A stretch of DNA of 64,000 nt from Phoronis australis. Its lineage: Eukaryota; Animalia; Phoronida. The position numbers and the translations under genes are program-made. This document shows, in pieces, positions 49,702-62,800 of the stretch. The notes beneath the pieces are model-generated. The model did no database searches and was not told the DNA's origin. It was given only the letters and a program-made list of their open reading frames with translations. Position 1 is the first letter of the stretch; each line of letters opens with the position of its first letter. The DNA lies in contig NMRA01000074.1 of NCBI GenBank assembly GCA_002633005.1, positions 423,275-487,274 on the forward strand, given 5' to 3'.

Positions 49702-50130
49702 AAGACTAATCGCTCTTATTTTTTCAAGTATTTCACATTATACGCACATTCTCCTAAGCTTCACTTGTTGGTGAAAGTGGGTATCCTTATCTGATACTAT
49801 GTGTTTTTATGTGACTGGTCTATTTTGATGTTAAAATGTAGCAGACAAATTCACTCACGTGCTCGCTCTTTTGTTGTACTCGGGTTTGCATAATAGGCGC
49901 ATGCGCCTAAATCTTATATGCCAGCTTCACGTACTGGTAAATCTGCCCAATGAGTATAGCTCATTGATCTGCCTAAATAAGCGTATACAGGGTTATATGG
50001 CATTTATTCAAATTTCGTCTGTCGTTTTCAGTCTAGTGTTCCGTCACATCTTTTAACAATTCGCTCTTCAGTGTGCGTATGCTTGCCTTTTTGTTGCATA
50101 CTGCCCAGAATACCCTCCAGTCTATCCTTG

Positions 50131-51051
50131 TCAGTGTGACCCGAGGCTGTGACGAGCACACGTCTCGGCTAAGCAGCAGCATCTTTGAAAGCGCGGTTTG
50201 ACAAGTGCAGACGGCTGTTCGATCGGGCCTCGTCCAATCGTCTGAAAACGCCCCCATTTCTCGAGACTTCCATCTGTGGTGTTGTAAAATGCAAACAAGT
50301 TTTTACTCTCCATTCTGGGCAAAGGCGTTTGACGTGCCTGTTGCAGTTGTAAGTGCCTCTCCACGTAGATTTCGGCGCCGATATCATTTTTATCAATGTT
50401 TGCCAATTCACCGTCAGAAACGGATAATCTGCGCGTTTTTGCCAGTCCGTGCTTTGCTCGCAAAATAGCTAAATGTACAGATCTCGGGTCATGAATCAAT
50501 GCTTCGGCGACCAAGTTTTCCCGATGTTGAGCTGTTGAGGTTGTGTTGAAATCAAAGTCAGATTTAGGCCAAGGTGTTTTCTTCGCTCCAGTGTTGCTTA
50601 GAACATTCACACTTTTGCTGCTTACAATATCTAGTCGCTCAATAGAATCTCGAACGCAATTCAATGCTTTCTCGTAACTTACAGATGGTCGAAGTTGCTG
50701 ACATAGAGCCAACGGAAGCAAAGGTAGCGATGGCAAGCTATTTCTGGGTGAATTGGGTCTTTTATTCCGTTTCAGAAATCGTGAATATTTCCGTTGTGTG
50801 TCTTTTCCCTCGGCAGAAACAATTGGCGCCTTTGGTCCTGTTTCTCGTGTGGTCTGTTTAACTTCACTTGGCAAATTAGCCAGCAGCGTTGGATCTGACT
50901 TACAACTGTGAAGAACATTAAACGATTCTCTAACTTTCTGCAACTGCTTCTTGGATTTATTTGACATGTAAACATCATCGAGTGAAGTCGACAGCTGGCG
51001 ATTCGCTGAAGTGAGGCGCGTCCTTTGCAGCAAGCCATTTTCGGATTCCAT
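50131..51051 (-). CDS. Uncharacterised 306-aa single-exon ORF (basic, Ser/Arg/Lys-rich; no recognised domain)
   Basis: Longest ORF in the window, 921 nt in AT-rich DNA. AAAATGG start context with an in-frame TAG 9 nt upstream. No transposon motif recognised. Confidence 0.6.
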   Translation of the reverse strand: MESENGLLQRTRLTSANRQLSTSLDDVYMSNKSKKQLQKVRESFNVLHSCKSDPTLLANLPSEVKQTTRETGPKAPIVSAEGKDTQRKYSRFLKRNKRPNSPRNSLPSLPLLPLALCQQLRPSVSYEKALNCVRDSIERLDIVSSKSVNVLSNTGAKKTPWPKSDFDFNTTSTAQHRENLVAEALIHDPRSVHLAILRAKHGLAKTRRLSVSDGELANIDKNDIGAEIYVERHLQLQQARQTPLPRMESKNLFAFYNTTDGSLEKWGRFQTIGRGPIEQPSALVKPRFQRCCCLAETCARHSLGSH

Positions 51052-53896
51052 TTTTCGCTACAGTCATGACCCCTTGACTGTAATCGCATGCGTTGTCTGA
51101 CAATTTATTTTAGAGTGTGCCACAGAACGTCCCACAAGCCTCTTTGTACCTTGTCCATTGATTGCAGCGGACAGTTGATTGTTTACTTTTCGAGAGAATT
51201 CACATACACAAAGCTTTGTGATCGTCACCTGCTCACACCGAAAGAATTCTCCCTGTCATACCAACTCCATTTAATGGCTTGCCTAATTTTGAAGCATTGC
51301 ATGNGAGTTGGGGGAGGGGGGGGGGGTGGCAGGGCAGCATATTAGCCAGGATTTTGCCCGTCAGAAATAAGCACCTTCGAACTGCCTAATGGAATCTGGA
51401 AAAATTTTAGGGGGGGCATAGCCCCCTTGGCCCCTCTCTAAGTCCGCCACATAGCGTGAACAAAAATTTGTAGATCTAGGTTCTCGTGATGATTAGCCAG
51501 AATTTGTAAGCGTGAACGAGAAGTGTCACTCTGGTGACCGAGGTGGAGGGATCGACGGAGGGATCTGTGCTGAGGGGGAGATGGAAATAGGTGGTGAATG
51601 TAGGTGAGAATCAAAGGCAACCAGGGAAGGAACCTGACAAAAATCTGCCATGATTCGTGAAACTCCAAAGAATACCTTGGTAATTCGTGGAATATATTGA
51701 TGTTACCTGCGCGAACAGTGACACACCCCGCTTGGTTCACCCGTCCAGTTTTGATGCTTTGCCAAACGTTGGATCCTTTGACTAGAATGAACTGTCGGCA
51801 CTGAAAATGTCCCATTAAGTAAATATTATCAAATTTGTAGTGCATCCCATTGTGTCATAGGTATTAACAAAATATCTACAGCCAGCGCTAGGGCCAGTTG
51901 TGAGACTTTACACACCTGTGACGTCTATAGCCCTACTGGGACTAGCTTATAAGATGTGTTTTGCCTTGTAAGAGGGCGGGATGCAGAATGAGTTTTCAAA
52001 AAGGCGTGCTCAACCCTCGCAGGTAAAGCCTGCCTTTCTAGTAAAGAAGATGCCAAGAGCACTTTTTAGTGCTCGTCGGTTAGAGACAAACGGGTCGTAC
52101 TGCTGTACCAGCAGACACCTCAACTGCGAGTGGAAATCGGGCATAGTCTGAAAACTTGGCCTCGTTCCACACCACTTTTAAGACGTCTGCTATGATAGGA
52201 CTGCATGGCCTAGGCTAACTGAAAAGGAAAGCCAGGTATTCATTATTTGAATGACACTGCCCTAAGATAGACTGCTTTAATTTGCTGAAGCATTTGCTCT
52301 ATGAATCACTTGTTTTTGTAACCCCGCGAACGCGGCAGCAAAAGGAGGAGACCGAATACGTTGATCCACTAGTAGAAATGATTTTTATAATACCGAATCA
52401 TATTCATTGTGTAATTGAGTGGGTGAAGGGCTTCACTTAATTCAAATAATTAGTTTTTCGAAGGTCATTGAACCACCTTAAATAAACAAATCGTCAATTT
52501 AAGTTACATAATGCCCCTTTTTAAACAGAATACACGTTCAATCCTTTCACTTGAATTAGCGCACGTGGGTTCTTGTCATCACTAACGAAACTTCTAAAAA
52601 CCTGAGCGGCGAAAAAATTGTAATCCAGCTTCCAGTCTGGTTTATACTTCAGTCGGATCTTACCATTTTAATTGGCCACATGGCTAGCTATACGATCGTA
52701 TTGTTAGAAACGATATTCCAACAAAACACTCGCGTGGTTTGTTCTTTGGAACTTTGCAGTGAATTTGCAGCAGCTTACATCCCGCCGCCGCGTGACTCCA
52801 TCGCCACACACCTAACACCTTCTAGTCCACAATAAACTTATCAACTAAGTTTGGCTCACCGCCTAGTTAATTTGACGACGGACTGTACAACTTCACTGGG
52901 TGACGATCTGAGCCTGATTCACTTCCACTACTTAACATCTCTGCAGGGCTGCTTGGCAGGTTCTGGGTTGGGAGACAACACCATGAGCACCGGGCGAATC
53001 ACTGCTTGTTCCCGGAAATTGCACGCTCTGGAGTACCCCGTTCGGACTAAGGCACGGGTGACAGTAGCTGCAGGGTTTCGAGTCACTGCAGAGGCCACAG
53101 CTCGCGATCGGGCTCCTCGCTTTAAAAATGCATTTCTAGGAGGTGGCGACTGGGTACTGCCGGGAATCAACAGCGACGGTATTCTTCAGGCGTTGTTTTG
53201 CAGAAGCCTGCAATCACTTACCGGCCATCGACGGCAGAAAATGCCTGGGCACATATACAGTATATGTAATTCTCCACTGCTTTGTATTACGGACCACCAC
53301 GGAAATAAGTTTTTAACATTTTTGGTTTATCCATATAGTGTACTAAATAAATTGTTTTTAAATTTCTGTTACGTTGTACGACCAGGAACTGAGGTATGCC
53401 TTCCTGGTATTATGCAATATATTACAGTCAATGATCATATGATGATCGTTTCTTGACACTTATATGATTGAATTTTACATGTGTCGTCTTGTAAATAATC
53501 ATTTTAAAAATACTTAATATCAACTCTGGTACCCATGGTTTGTTTTTTAAAAATGTCTCGGTGACATCACCGTTTTATTTATTGAGCCTGAATGACAGGA
53601 CGTTTTGTCACAATTTTTATTGTAAACAAGTCGTGAACGTCATTTGACGCCATTTGTTTAAAAATAACTGACCGACAAATTGACAAGAGCGGCGTATAAA
53701 ACCTGAAAATAAAATGTCCTGCGGTGGCGTTGTTGCACAACTTGAAAGACATCTGCCAGACTTAGTTGGCGTCTGGCGGGATCGCACCGATGATTTATTT
53801 CCTGTAGTTTACAAAAGATGTCCCCAGCGTTAGCGCGCGATGACTCAAACAACCGTTCTAGGTCACGTGACCTAATAGTGAAGCATTGAGCCGACG

Positions 53897-56800
53897 ATGG
53901 GAATGGCCACCACCGGCCTATTTCTTGTTTTAATTTTAGCTTTGTTTAGGACAGCGACGCCAAAAGAACAACGTGAGTTGAAAATTATTATATGTATTTC
54001 TAGTGGACGTTATACACACTTTTTAAAAAGCAGATTCTTTAGTAATTTTACATAGATACTATATGGTAGTGAGTAATTTATAATATGGCGGCATTCTTGA
54101 CCTATTTTGGAAATAGCACACCTGTGTTGCGTTTGTTATTTTGCAGATAAATGCATTTGCTCTCTGAAAATGTCGCATTTCCCAGACCGAAAGTCTCACA
54201 TTTTCAAGGGTGGTTATCGTTTTGTCAACTTTTGTTGAATCAGATATATTTTATAGAATGCATTTACCCAAAATAATTGAATTAGCTTACATCTGATATC
54301 TCACCTGGCAAAAGTGATCCCATTAGCTGACGTTATAAGTGACTCATTCTGTCCCTGACTTCTTAACACTTTTTGCGTTAATTTCTAATTTATCTTTGTG
54401 TCTCTGTGCAGTAATTAAGTAGAGTCTGTTACCTGATTAAATCTGTGCTGGTGTCCTGTGTTATTGAACTTATTACTTATGGTTCTTAGCTGTGAACCAG
54501 TCCTTCATGTTCAACTTGTTGATTTGAAAATGTAGGTCACCTCTGGCCAGAAACCTTGCTTAGCAATTCAGCGTTTTGTTATTTCACGTACAAAGCCTGG
54601 TTCATGCATAAAGTTAGGAAACAAAATATTGAATTGGTTTCATACTTTTGAGTACTGACAAAAAGGACAACAGTAACGTGGTCCCGAGTCTTAACAAATT
54701 AACATGTTCGTGTTGTAAAGAAACATTTTCTGTTTTTTAATTTCTCAGTTTGATAGATCCTGCTTTCTGTGAGCAAACAGTGTTATTAATGTCTGCCAGT
54801 TATCCACCTGGGGGAATATTCATGCTTCTCAGGTATGTTCTCAAACCTTAGTTAAGTGGAATCTCTTCTAACCTATATAAAAAAACAGTCTTTTCAACTA
54901 ATAAAAGTATATATTTTCTGAAAGAAAAAAGACCAGGGATTATAAACATATATTTTATATTTATGTGCCATTTATGTTAGTACATGAATACCTTTTTTAA
55001 GTCAAATGTTCGTTTTCAAGAAAGGTACATTCGTATCGAAATAACGTCTCGGTCAATTATCATGACACCTTTTTAAAATGAAAACTTTACTAGTTACCAC
55101 AAAAATTCAAAATGGCTGTTAGGAATTTCCCATTATAGTATCTTAGTTTGGTTTCTATGACAAATCAACTCTCCTTGAGCATAACGTATTTATGTAAAAA
55201 TAGCAGTCGTATTTTTTGTTACATTACACAGATTGTTGAATTTGTGACATACTAATCTGGTCTTGCTATTACTGCAAAATTTTTCATTTTCAAAAACTGT
55301 AGAACCTTAGTACAAAGTACATAAAAATGCCTTGCATATTCTGCGTTGGGCTTCAATTATCGTTGGCCATCGCGATCTAATTCAGTCGTCAAGAGACAAT
55401 CATCCTTCTAAGAAAAACTTCTTTTCTCACTACAGAATTGTAATGAAATCAATGAAATGTTCAGATTATGTGCTTAATGTTGAAAAATACTCAAGTCATC
55501 ATTATTTCCAAAGAATGGAAACAGCCCATAATATTGAAAAATCGCCAATCTTGCTGTGCGTTTTTAAATCACCTGACTGTAAGCATATGCTACGCACATG
55601 GCCCATTGCGGTACCTCTCATAAAATGGAAGTCAGTCGCACTTTCAGTCACAAATTTCAGTTTCCTGCTCTAGAAGCTTTACTGAAATAAACAAAATAAG
55701 AAAGCATGGTGTGGTCTTTTCAATGATTTCAAAATCATCACCCATCTGTTGCAGACATCTTATCAGAAAATGTGAAATCTAAATAACCTTCCTGGGACTC
55801 ATTGGCAACTAAACCGGATATTAGGCTGGGAAAGTACTCAAAATTCAAACCAAAAAGTTCCAGGACTCCCAAGTCTCTCGTATCTAGCTAAAAGTTGTCG
55901 CTTTTGTCAAGGCTTCTCTTCAATAGAAACCGAACCTACATTGAAGGGCATTTGTAAGGCCTATGTTGTTAAAGGTACGTCCTACTTAGCTTTAGGTCCG
56001 ACTACATAGCAATGAACTCGTGAAATTGCAATTTGAGCAGAACAATTTCTTTCGTGAACACACTAAAAGGTCATTATAGTATCGACATGCAGGTCTCGAG
56101 TTATTTTTTACTGGCTAGCTCAGCCATTTCAAGCCGCAGAGCCGTGTTACATGTCGGTAGGCTGACGACCTATTCACTGTCCAAGAGCTTTGAAGCGATT
56201 GAGCAGGCTTGTTTTCTTCCTAATTCCAGCTGTTTTAATTGGCTTGGATATAGTTATGCATGTGTATTTGCTGTGACTGGTCACGAGACCTTGCATTAAA
56301 TGGTAACTGCTGGGAAATGCTGCATTTGTCCAAATTTGAATTTGAAGTTGCGGGGACATAGTCGGATATAAATGGAAGATATCGACTTTGCTCAAATGTG
56401 GAGGTGGTATTCCTGTGATGCGTCATCTGTTGAAAAGACAACATGTTTACTGGGAAATACTCTATCACACTGTCGAGTTACTTTGCTTGTAAATATCAAC
56501 ACAATTTCATAAATGCTTAGAAAACAAGTTATTGTAAGGTTGCTAACCATAAATCTAGGTCGCCAGCTGGGCAAGAGAATAGGTGAAATTTTTGCGTTTG
56601 GCTAGAAATTTAGTTGCCTTAGGCGACTGAGAGACCACTAGATATATAGATCTCTGCTTTTTGTGCAACTAATGATTATGATTATTGATTTGACTGACCT
56701 TCTTAAACTGTCTCGTATCCAGCTTCAAACAAGGTACCTTTAAACCATTTCCTCATTTCACTTAAGTTTATGGACTGTTTTGCTTTTTTCTTTTGTATGT

Positions 56801-59800
56801 TAAAGTCGCTTCTGTCGTGAAAAATCTGTCCATATGTTTCCATCACAAACAACAGTAGGCAATATGAAGTCATCGAAATGTCTTGAGTAGAAAATTGCAC
56901 TTTCACCATTGCTTGCTGTCTTTTGGCTCCCTTCTAAGATTTTTTACCTCTCAATTTTGAATAACTGCAGTACAACACACACGCCAAGACTGAGAAGAAT
57001 TGAATCTGCCCCCAAAAACTAAGACATTGACATACCACTTTTGAGGCTATTGCAAATGTTTTCCTTCAGGACATAGTTGGGCTCCCCTACTGACATCCTG
57101 GATCTGCCAATGTGGGGTGGGTTTCCAGAACCTTTTCTAAGTCTTTCTTATCGAGCATGTTGTGGTGGGGCTTGTGTCCTGGAACAGGTGGTTTGGTTTC
57201 CCCTCTTGTCTGTTTTTAATTTACAACCATTGTTCAGTGTAAGGTTACCATATGTGGGTGCATGCTAAATGTTTTAAGGTTGCCCGATCACCACTCAAAC
57301 TTGGTTGGCTTTGTATACAGTTGAATTAGTCGTCCAAGGACTATGAGTTTGAGACCAATGTAATCTTCCAAAAATTACTGTCTGAAAAATATTCAAAGTT
57401 CCTCTGACGAAGCCAGAAAATTTACCTATTAGAGCTGAAGCAGCATCCAGAATTTTCTTTTTGCTTTCTCATGTTATATTCAAATTTAATGTTAAGAAGG
57501 ACCCTAGAAAAATGTCTTAATTTAGCCAACTTCATCAATGTTTATCATATATCTCAGATAGCTAGTCATATTCATAGGAAACTTGCAGACACTGTCGAAA
57601 GATGTTGGGTGCAGCTTGCTCACCAAGCTTATAGGAATAAGAGAAATCTCCCATGGTACAATAAACTAATCTCTGCTATTGGTTTCAAGAATGAAAATCA
57701 CGAAGTTAACATAATGCAGATTGAGATTTAGCTTGAATTCAAAGTGAACAACAAGCAGATGAAATATACACTCCACCACTAGTTTGCCTCAGCAGAGAAC
57801 CCTATATTTCTTCCAGTTGTCAAAGGACTAAAATGAAATTTACCTAAACCTTTTGGCAAAGAACTGACTGGGTTTCACATATCAGGATATTACTGTGGTT
57901 GCATGTGGTCCCAATTTAAAACCACTAACATTTGTGTCAAGCCTACAGATTGATTGCACACAATTCTAATGTGATTGGCCTTAGCTGATTATCTGTCTAT
58001 CAACAAGCCAGCTAATTTTGCCTTCAAAGACTAAATCACTGTTAGTGCAGTATGTGTTGATAACTGGATTTCAAGTGAATCATAATGTTGGTATTGTGAT
58101 GTACTATTCTAGGTTATAAATCATATTCCTAGTGGGTCGCCATTTTTGTCCCTTTCCTGCCAACACCACAATGAGGAACTTTGGTGTATCGCAACTTCAC
58201 CGCAGCTCCACTTGCCTTTCCCACGACGTCGGAGTTACCCTTATAGTTCTCTGATTTAAGTGCTGGTCGGAGTTACCCTTAGTTCTTTGATTTAAGTGCT
58301 GGTTGGAGTGTTTGAAGCATACTGTCGAGACAACAAAACATCTCTCCCATCATTTAGCTCTCTAGACTGATCAGGGTCATTCTGTAACATTTCTGTTAGC
58401 TGATTCCTTGGATATAAGGTGGCCGAATTTTGAGAACCAGTATTCTCCACTGAATGATGCACGTGGGTATCAAACTGATTCTTAACATACAGACAAAGTC
58501 ATGTTATATCCAACTATTGCCCAACTACGGTATATAGATGATAATAAAAGACCTGGTAATGATAAATGTCTTATTGAGTCTCGCCTAATTGAGGTGATGA
58601 CTGTAGCCATTACTCTGGAGTAATTTGTTAACATTTCCCTCTGAAGCAGATTTGCGCAACTCCACACTTCAATCTGCCTGTTTTGAAAGGAGTGGCGATG
58701 GTTTATTAAGTCCGAGAATTTCCCATAGGGCGGAACTGTGCAAAAAGGGGAGTTGTAGTGTTAGTGGTTAAGCAAAATAGTGTAAAATCCATCCAATCTG
58801 TGATAAGTGAATTTTTATTGTGCATTGTTTTTTTTATAAAAATATGGTGTGCTACCCAACAATGCTCTGCCATGTTCATGTTCATCACCATGTCAACCAA
58901 CGTACACAATTTGAAATTTTGTGGTCTTTCGCAACAATGTTAAAAAAACTTGAAATGAAAAAAATGACAATTTGGAAGTCATTTTAGTCCACAGGTGGTG
59001 AGATTTGACCATAAATTATTATTTTTTTGAAATTTGCTATGCGTTGATGAATTATTTTAACATTTACATAAAAATCTCATCAATTTTGGCCAAAGATAAT
59101 TTTCCAAAATTAGCCTTTTTCTGTTTTTCAAGGTCTAGCATTATCGTGAATGCTCACAAATTTTCAAAACATTTTCTGATGGTAATCGCTATAGTAGTAC
59201 AAGACTTATAAAGCTTTAGTTTTATGCTACGTCTTCTGTGGAAAAGTGAGACAAGGAAAATCCACTTATCCGCTATATTGTGTACTTAAGTGGCAAGATT
59301 TTACCGTAGCAGGTGTGCGTGTGAAATTGTGGCTGAGGCATTTCCTTTTTACTCTCTCCAAGGTGTATGTGAGTCTCATAGGAGTTCACAATGAAGAAAT
59401 CTACTGCTTTCGCAGTAATTTTGCGTACATCGTATATTGTAGACATGTCCGTCTTCATTGATTACATATATTGGCATCTCCATGGAAACTGTGTAATGGA
59501 CTTGTAATGAAAGCAGTCGCTTCAAGTATTGTATGAAAACAACTTTCATATTTTCCAGTGCATTCGTTTTATTTTTCAAACCTACAGAAGAAATCCAGAG
59601 CCCTGAGTTAAATGATAGTTAGCAACAATAGCGTGGCGTTATTGCTCGTTGTTATTCACTTTTAAGTATGACGTCAGTTTTGGCGTTACGGACCCAGTCA
59701 AATGAAAATGTCAAAATTTAAAACAGTTGAAATTTCTAATTTGACCAGATTTATGTAGCGCTGTAAATTACTAAGCACTTTGAAAAAATTGTTACCTGGC

Positions 59801-62800
59801 TATATGGAGCCGGTCAATATTAATCCTTCTCTACTTTTCGGGAGCATGCAATTGGTGCAGTCTTTGTCGGGGCGCATAATTTTGTAAAATTTTCAAGTGC
59901 TAAGTTGTCCTTAAGGTTACCAGAATAAGAAAAAATACAGGGCTTGGAATTTTCCGCGGAAATGCGGATTTCCGCTTTTTTGAAATGTGCTTTCCGCTTT
60001 TTTTATAATATTTCCGCGTAAAAAAAATCGGATTTGATATGAAATTTCCGCGGCAAATTCCTTTCTTACCGCGGCGTTGCAGACGACGTTCACCTCGGAA
60101 AGCGGAAGTCTTTATGTTTCGGAGGAACGTAAATTGTCAACATTGCCAGGGCATCTGGGTAAAGCGTGGTCTGATTTTCAATGGCGGCTCGTGTTATTGT
60201 TAAGCGCGGCGACAAATACTACCGCTCTGCAGCCAAATTTGTGTGGGTTGGGAGTGGACGGGCGAGCGAAAAGGACGCAGACGCATGCTACCCTGATGGT
60301 GGTAACGTTTTTTTTATTTTTTTTAAAAATTTTTTTAGTCCGCCCGATTTTTGTCGCGGAAAGGTTCACATTGACCATTTCAAAGGCTGGTTATCTCGGG
60401 CATGATTTGGGCCGTAAAAGTTTCCGCGTTTTTTGTCATTGGTCATTCCAAGCCCTGAAAATAAGACCTGTAAAATTTTTGAAACTGCAATGTGGCTGTT
60501 TGTTTCTGTTCCTATTTGTGAGTCCAAATCGCGTCATAGTAGTGGCAGGTACTAAACCTCGGAATAGTGGAATGATTATCATACTCGATGTCACGCAAGA
60601 ATCAAACTTATCTAGTGGATAAGTTCTGAAGTTTTGTGCATCCCAGCTTATAATTTTTGGTCAAAAGTAAATGTTTCCTTTATGCGCTTCAGAGTTATTG
60701 TTAAAATCCAAATGTTGAATGTATCTCATGCAACACAGTGGAAAACAGACTACGGGGTTTTATCTAGAGAACGCAAACATGTAATGGCTCATATTAAGCA
60801 TTCTGTTTTTAGCATTCTGATCTTCCTTTCTTGCAGTTCTAAACAGCTGTAGTTGCCCATCATTTCTCCCTGCTGAGAATGTCTTCATTTCTTCATATAG
60901 ACTTTGGTGTAAACAAGGCAATGCATTCAGTCGCTTGTTTTGTAAAGCAGGAAAATCTCAGTCTTTTCAAACATTAGATTTTTTCGACCATAGCTCAGCC
61001 TCAAGATTTCCAAACGTATCTCAGAAGTTTGCAAACGGTATAGCAGAACGTTCAAGAACATGTACCAAGAACACTAGACAGGGTGCCAGTCCAATATCAG
61101 CTAAGATAAAGATTGATCAGATTGTTGTATTTTGCTGTAGTGATTGAATCGCTGGCCATTGGTTGTTGTGTATGTTTGGTTAATCCATGCTACAACGAGG
61201 CTGGAATAACAAAATCTGTTGATAAACGCAGCTGATGCTTGTAGAGCAGTGGCTGATTATTGATTTGTGGATCCGGTAAAAAATGCTCGATTAATTGGAA
61301 GTGATCCACACAGTTTTGTTAACATATGAGAATACTAGTAATTGAGCGCACCAAAATGGGAATTCAGTGTTGTCTAATGCTATTGGAATGTTTTCGGAAG
61401 TATATTTTCTAAATAGATTCATTTCTGCAAAAAAATATAGCTTAGCATCCACCATCTTGTTTAGTGTGTCATCATTTTTACGTTTTGGACCAACCAAATA
61501 AAATTAAAATGCAAAAATTAAAAACAATACCTAATAATAATTTGGCCAGGTTTATGTAGCAGTGTAAATTACTAAGCACTACTACTTGGCTACGGACCTG
61601 GTAAGTCTTAATACTTCTCAATGCCCTGGGCGCATACAATGGTTTTAACTATTGCTTGAGCACATCAATTTAAAATCCAAATATAGTTACTGCACAAATT
61701 TCGAGTAATGTAAGGCTTAGTGTTCTTTAGTGTAAGCTGATGTTCCTTATGTGAGCTTTTCATTCGTATTATCTTGTTTTGCAGAGGAATGTCGATCAGA
61801 GAGTTTACTCGGTATGCAGACAGGCCGTATCAAAGACAACCAGATTGATGCATCTTCATACACCAGTGCAGAGAGGGCCCCCAGCCAGGCTCGCCTCTAT
61901 CATGATAGTGGTAAGAATCACTACAAAAAAATTCAATATCGGCAAAATTTCAAACTTCATTGACGAACTTTTTCGAATGTTCATGTCCATACTGGATCAT
62001 AGTCCCGCATTTTGAGAACCAATTTTCTCCACTGAACAAAACAGGCATTAAATTGGTTCTCAAAATCTGAATCCTCTGTGAAAATGATCATTATACTAAA
62101 TATAGGTGTTTTTTTATGTAAAGCCTTGGAATCTGTATATTGAACTGTTACCAAACATTCAAAATGGCCTAATTTGTTGAAGAAATGGCTTTGGAGATAG
62201 CAGTTGTGTTATGTGAAAGGGGGAGATATGTGGTGACTGCCTCATGGAAATGGTGTTCAGCAGTGACGATGTTATCTGCATTGGGAGATTTTAAGAAGAG
62301 CATTGTAATTTTCAAAACTTGATTTCATAAACAACTTTATCACGAATGCATTCTAGTTTATAACTCTTAAAGTTTACACATGGAGGTCATGAAATGTTAT
62401 CAGTGCAAGTTTCCAACTTTTGTACCAGTAAACTTGATGTAAAACGTACTAGATTAGCCCGTTAATCCAAAAAATGAGAGACAGTGCGTTTGACACCCTC
62501 AAAGTAATATGAGCGTGTAGCTTACTGATTCTTTTGTTCATTTTTTGGAAACTAATGCTGAACACTGATTGCGACATGCAAAGTAGAGTTTAGAAGCACG
62601 ATTTCCATGTTCAAACTGAAATGTTTTTATTAAAAAAGTAAAGGAAGAAGGCCACATTTTCAGGCAGCCTTACAATATGGAATTGTTACTCTGTAGAATC
62701 ATGAATAATGTAATCATACTGGGCCTTCACTCTCCTAAAAGGAAAAGATGCCTGTGCCTTCTGATGAGAATTTTTCGGTCGAAGGAAAACCCCTTCTCCC

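Noticed and set aside
51304-51330. Fourth N as another haplotype duplication
   Set aside because: No duplicated flank is seen. The N adjoins a G-homopolymer, a simple sequencing break.
51438-51845. 135-aa minus ORF with faint Penelope-linker resemblance (LPLILTY...NLDLQIFVHA)
   Set aside because: Similarity is too weak to assert without a search.
52851-53456. 201-aa plus ORF and GC-rich minus frames with donor-like sites
   Set aside because: Non-ATG start, no recognisable domain, and no phase-consistent exon chain could be built.
60077-60622. 181-aa ORF
   Set aside because: It lies mostly within the 520-bp MITE, crosses its TIR and has no protein-like motif.
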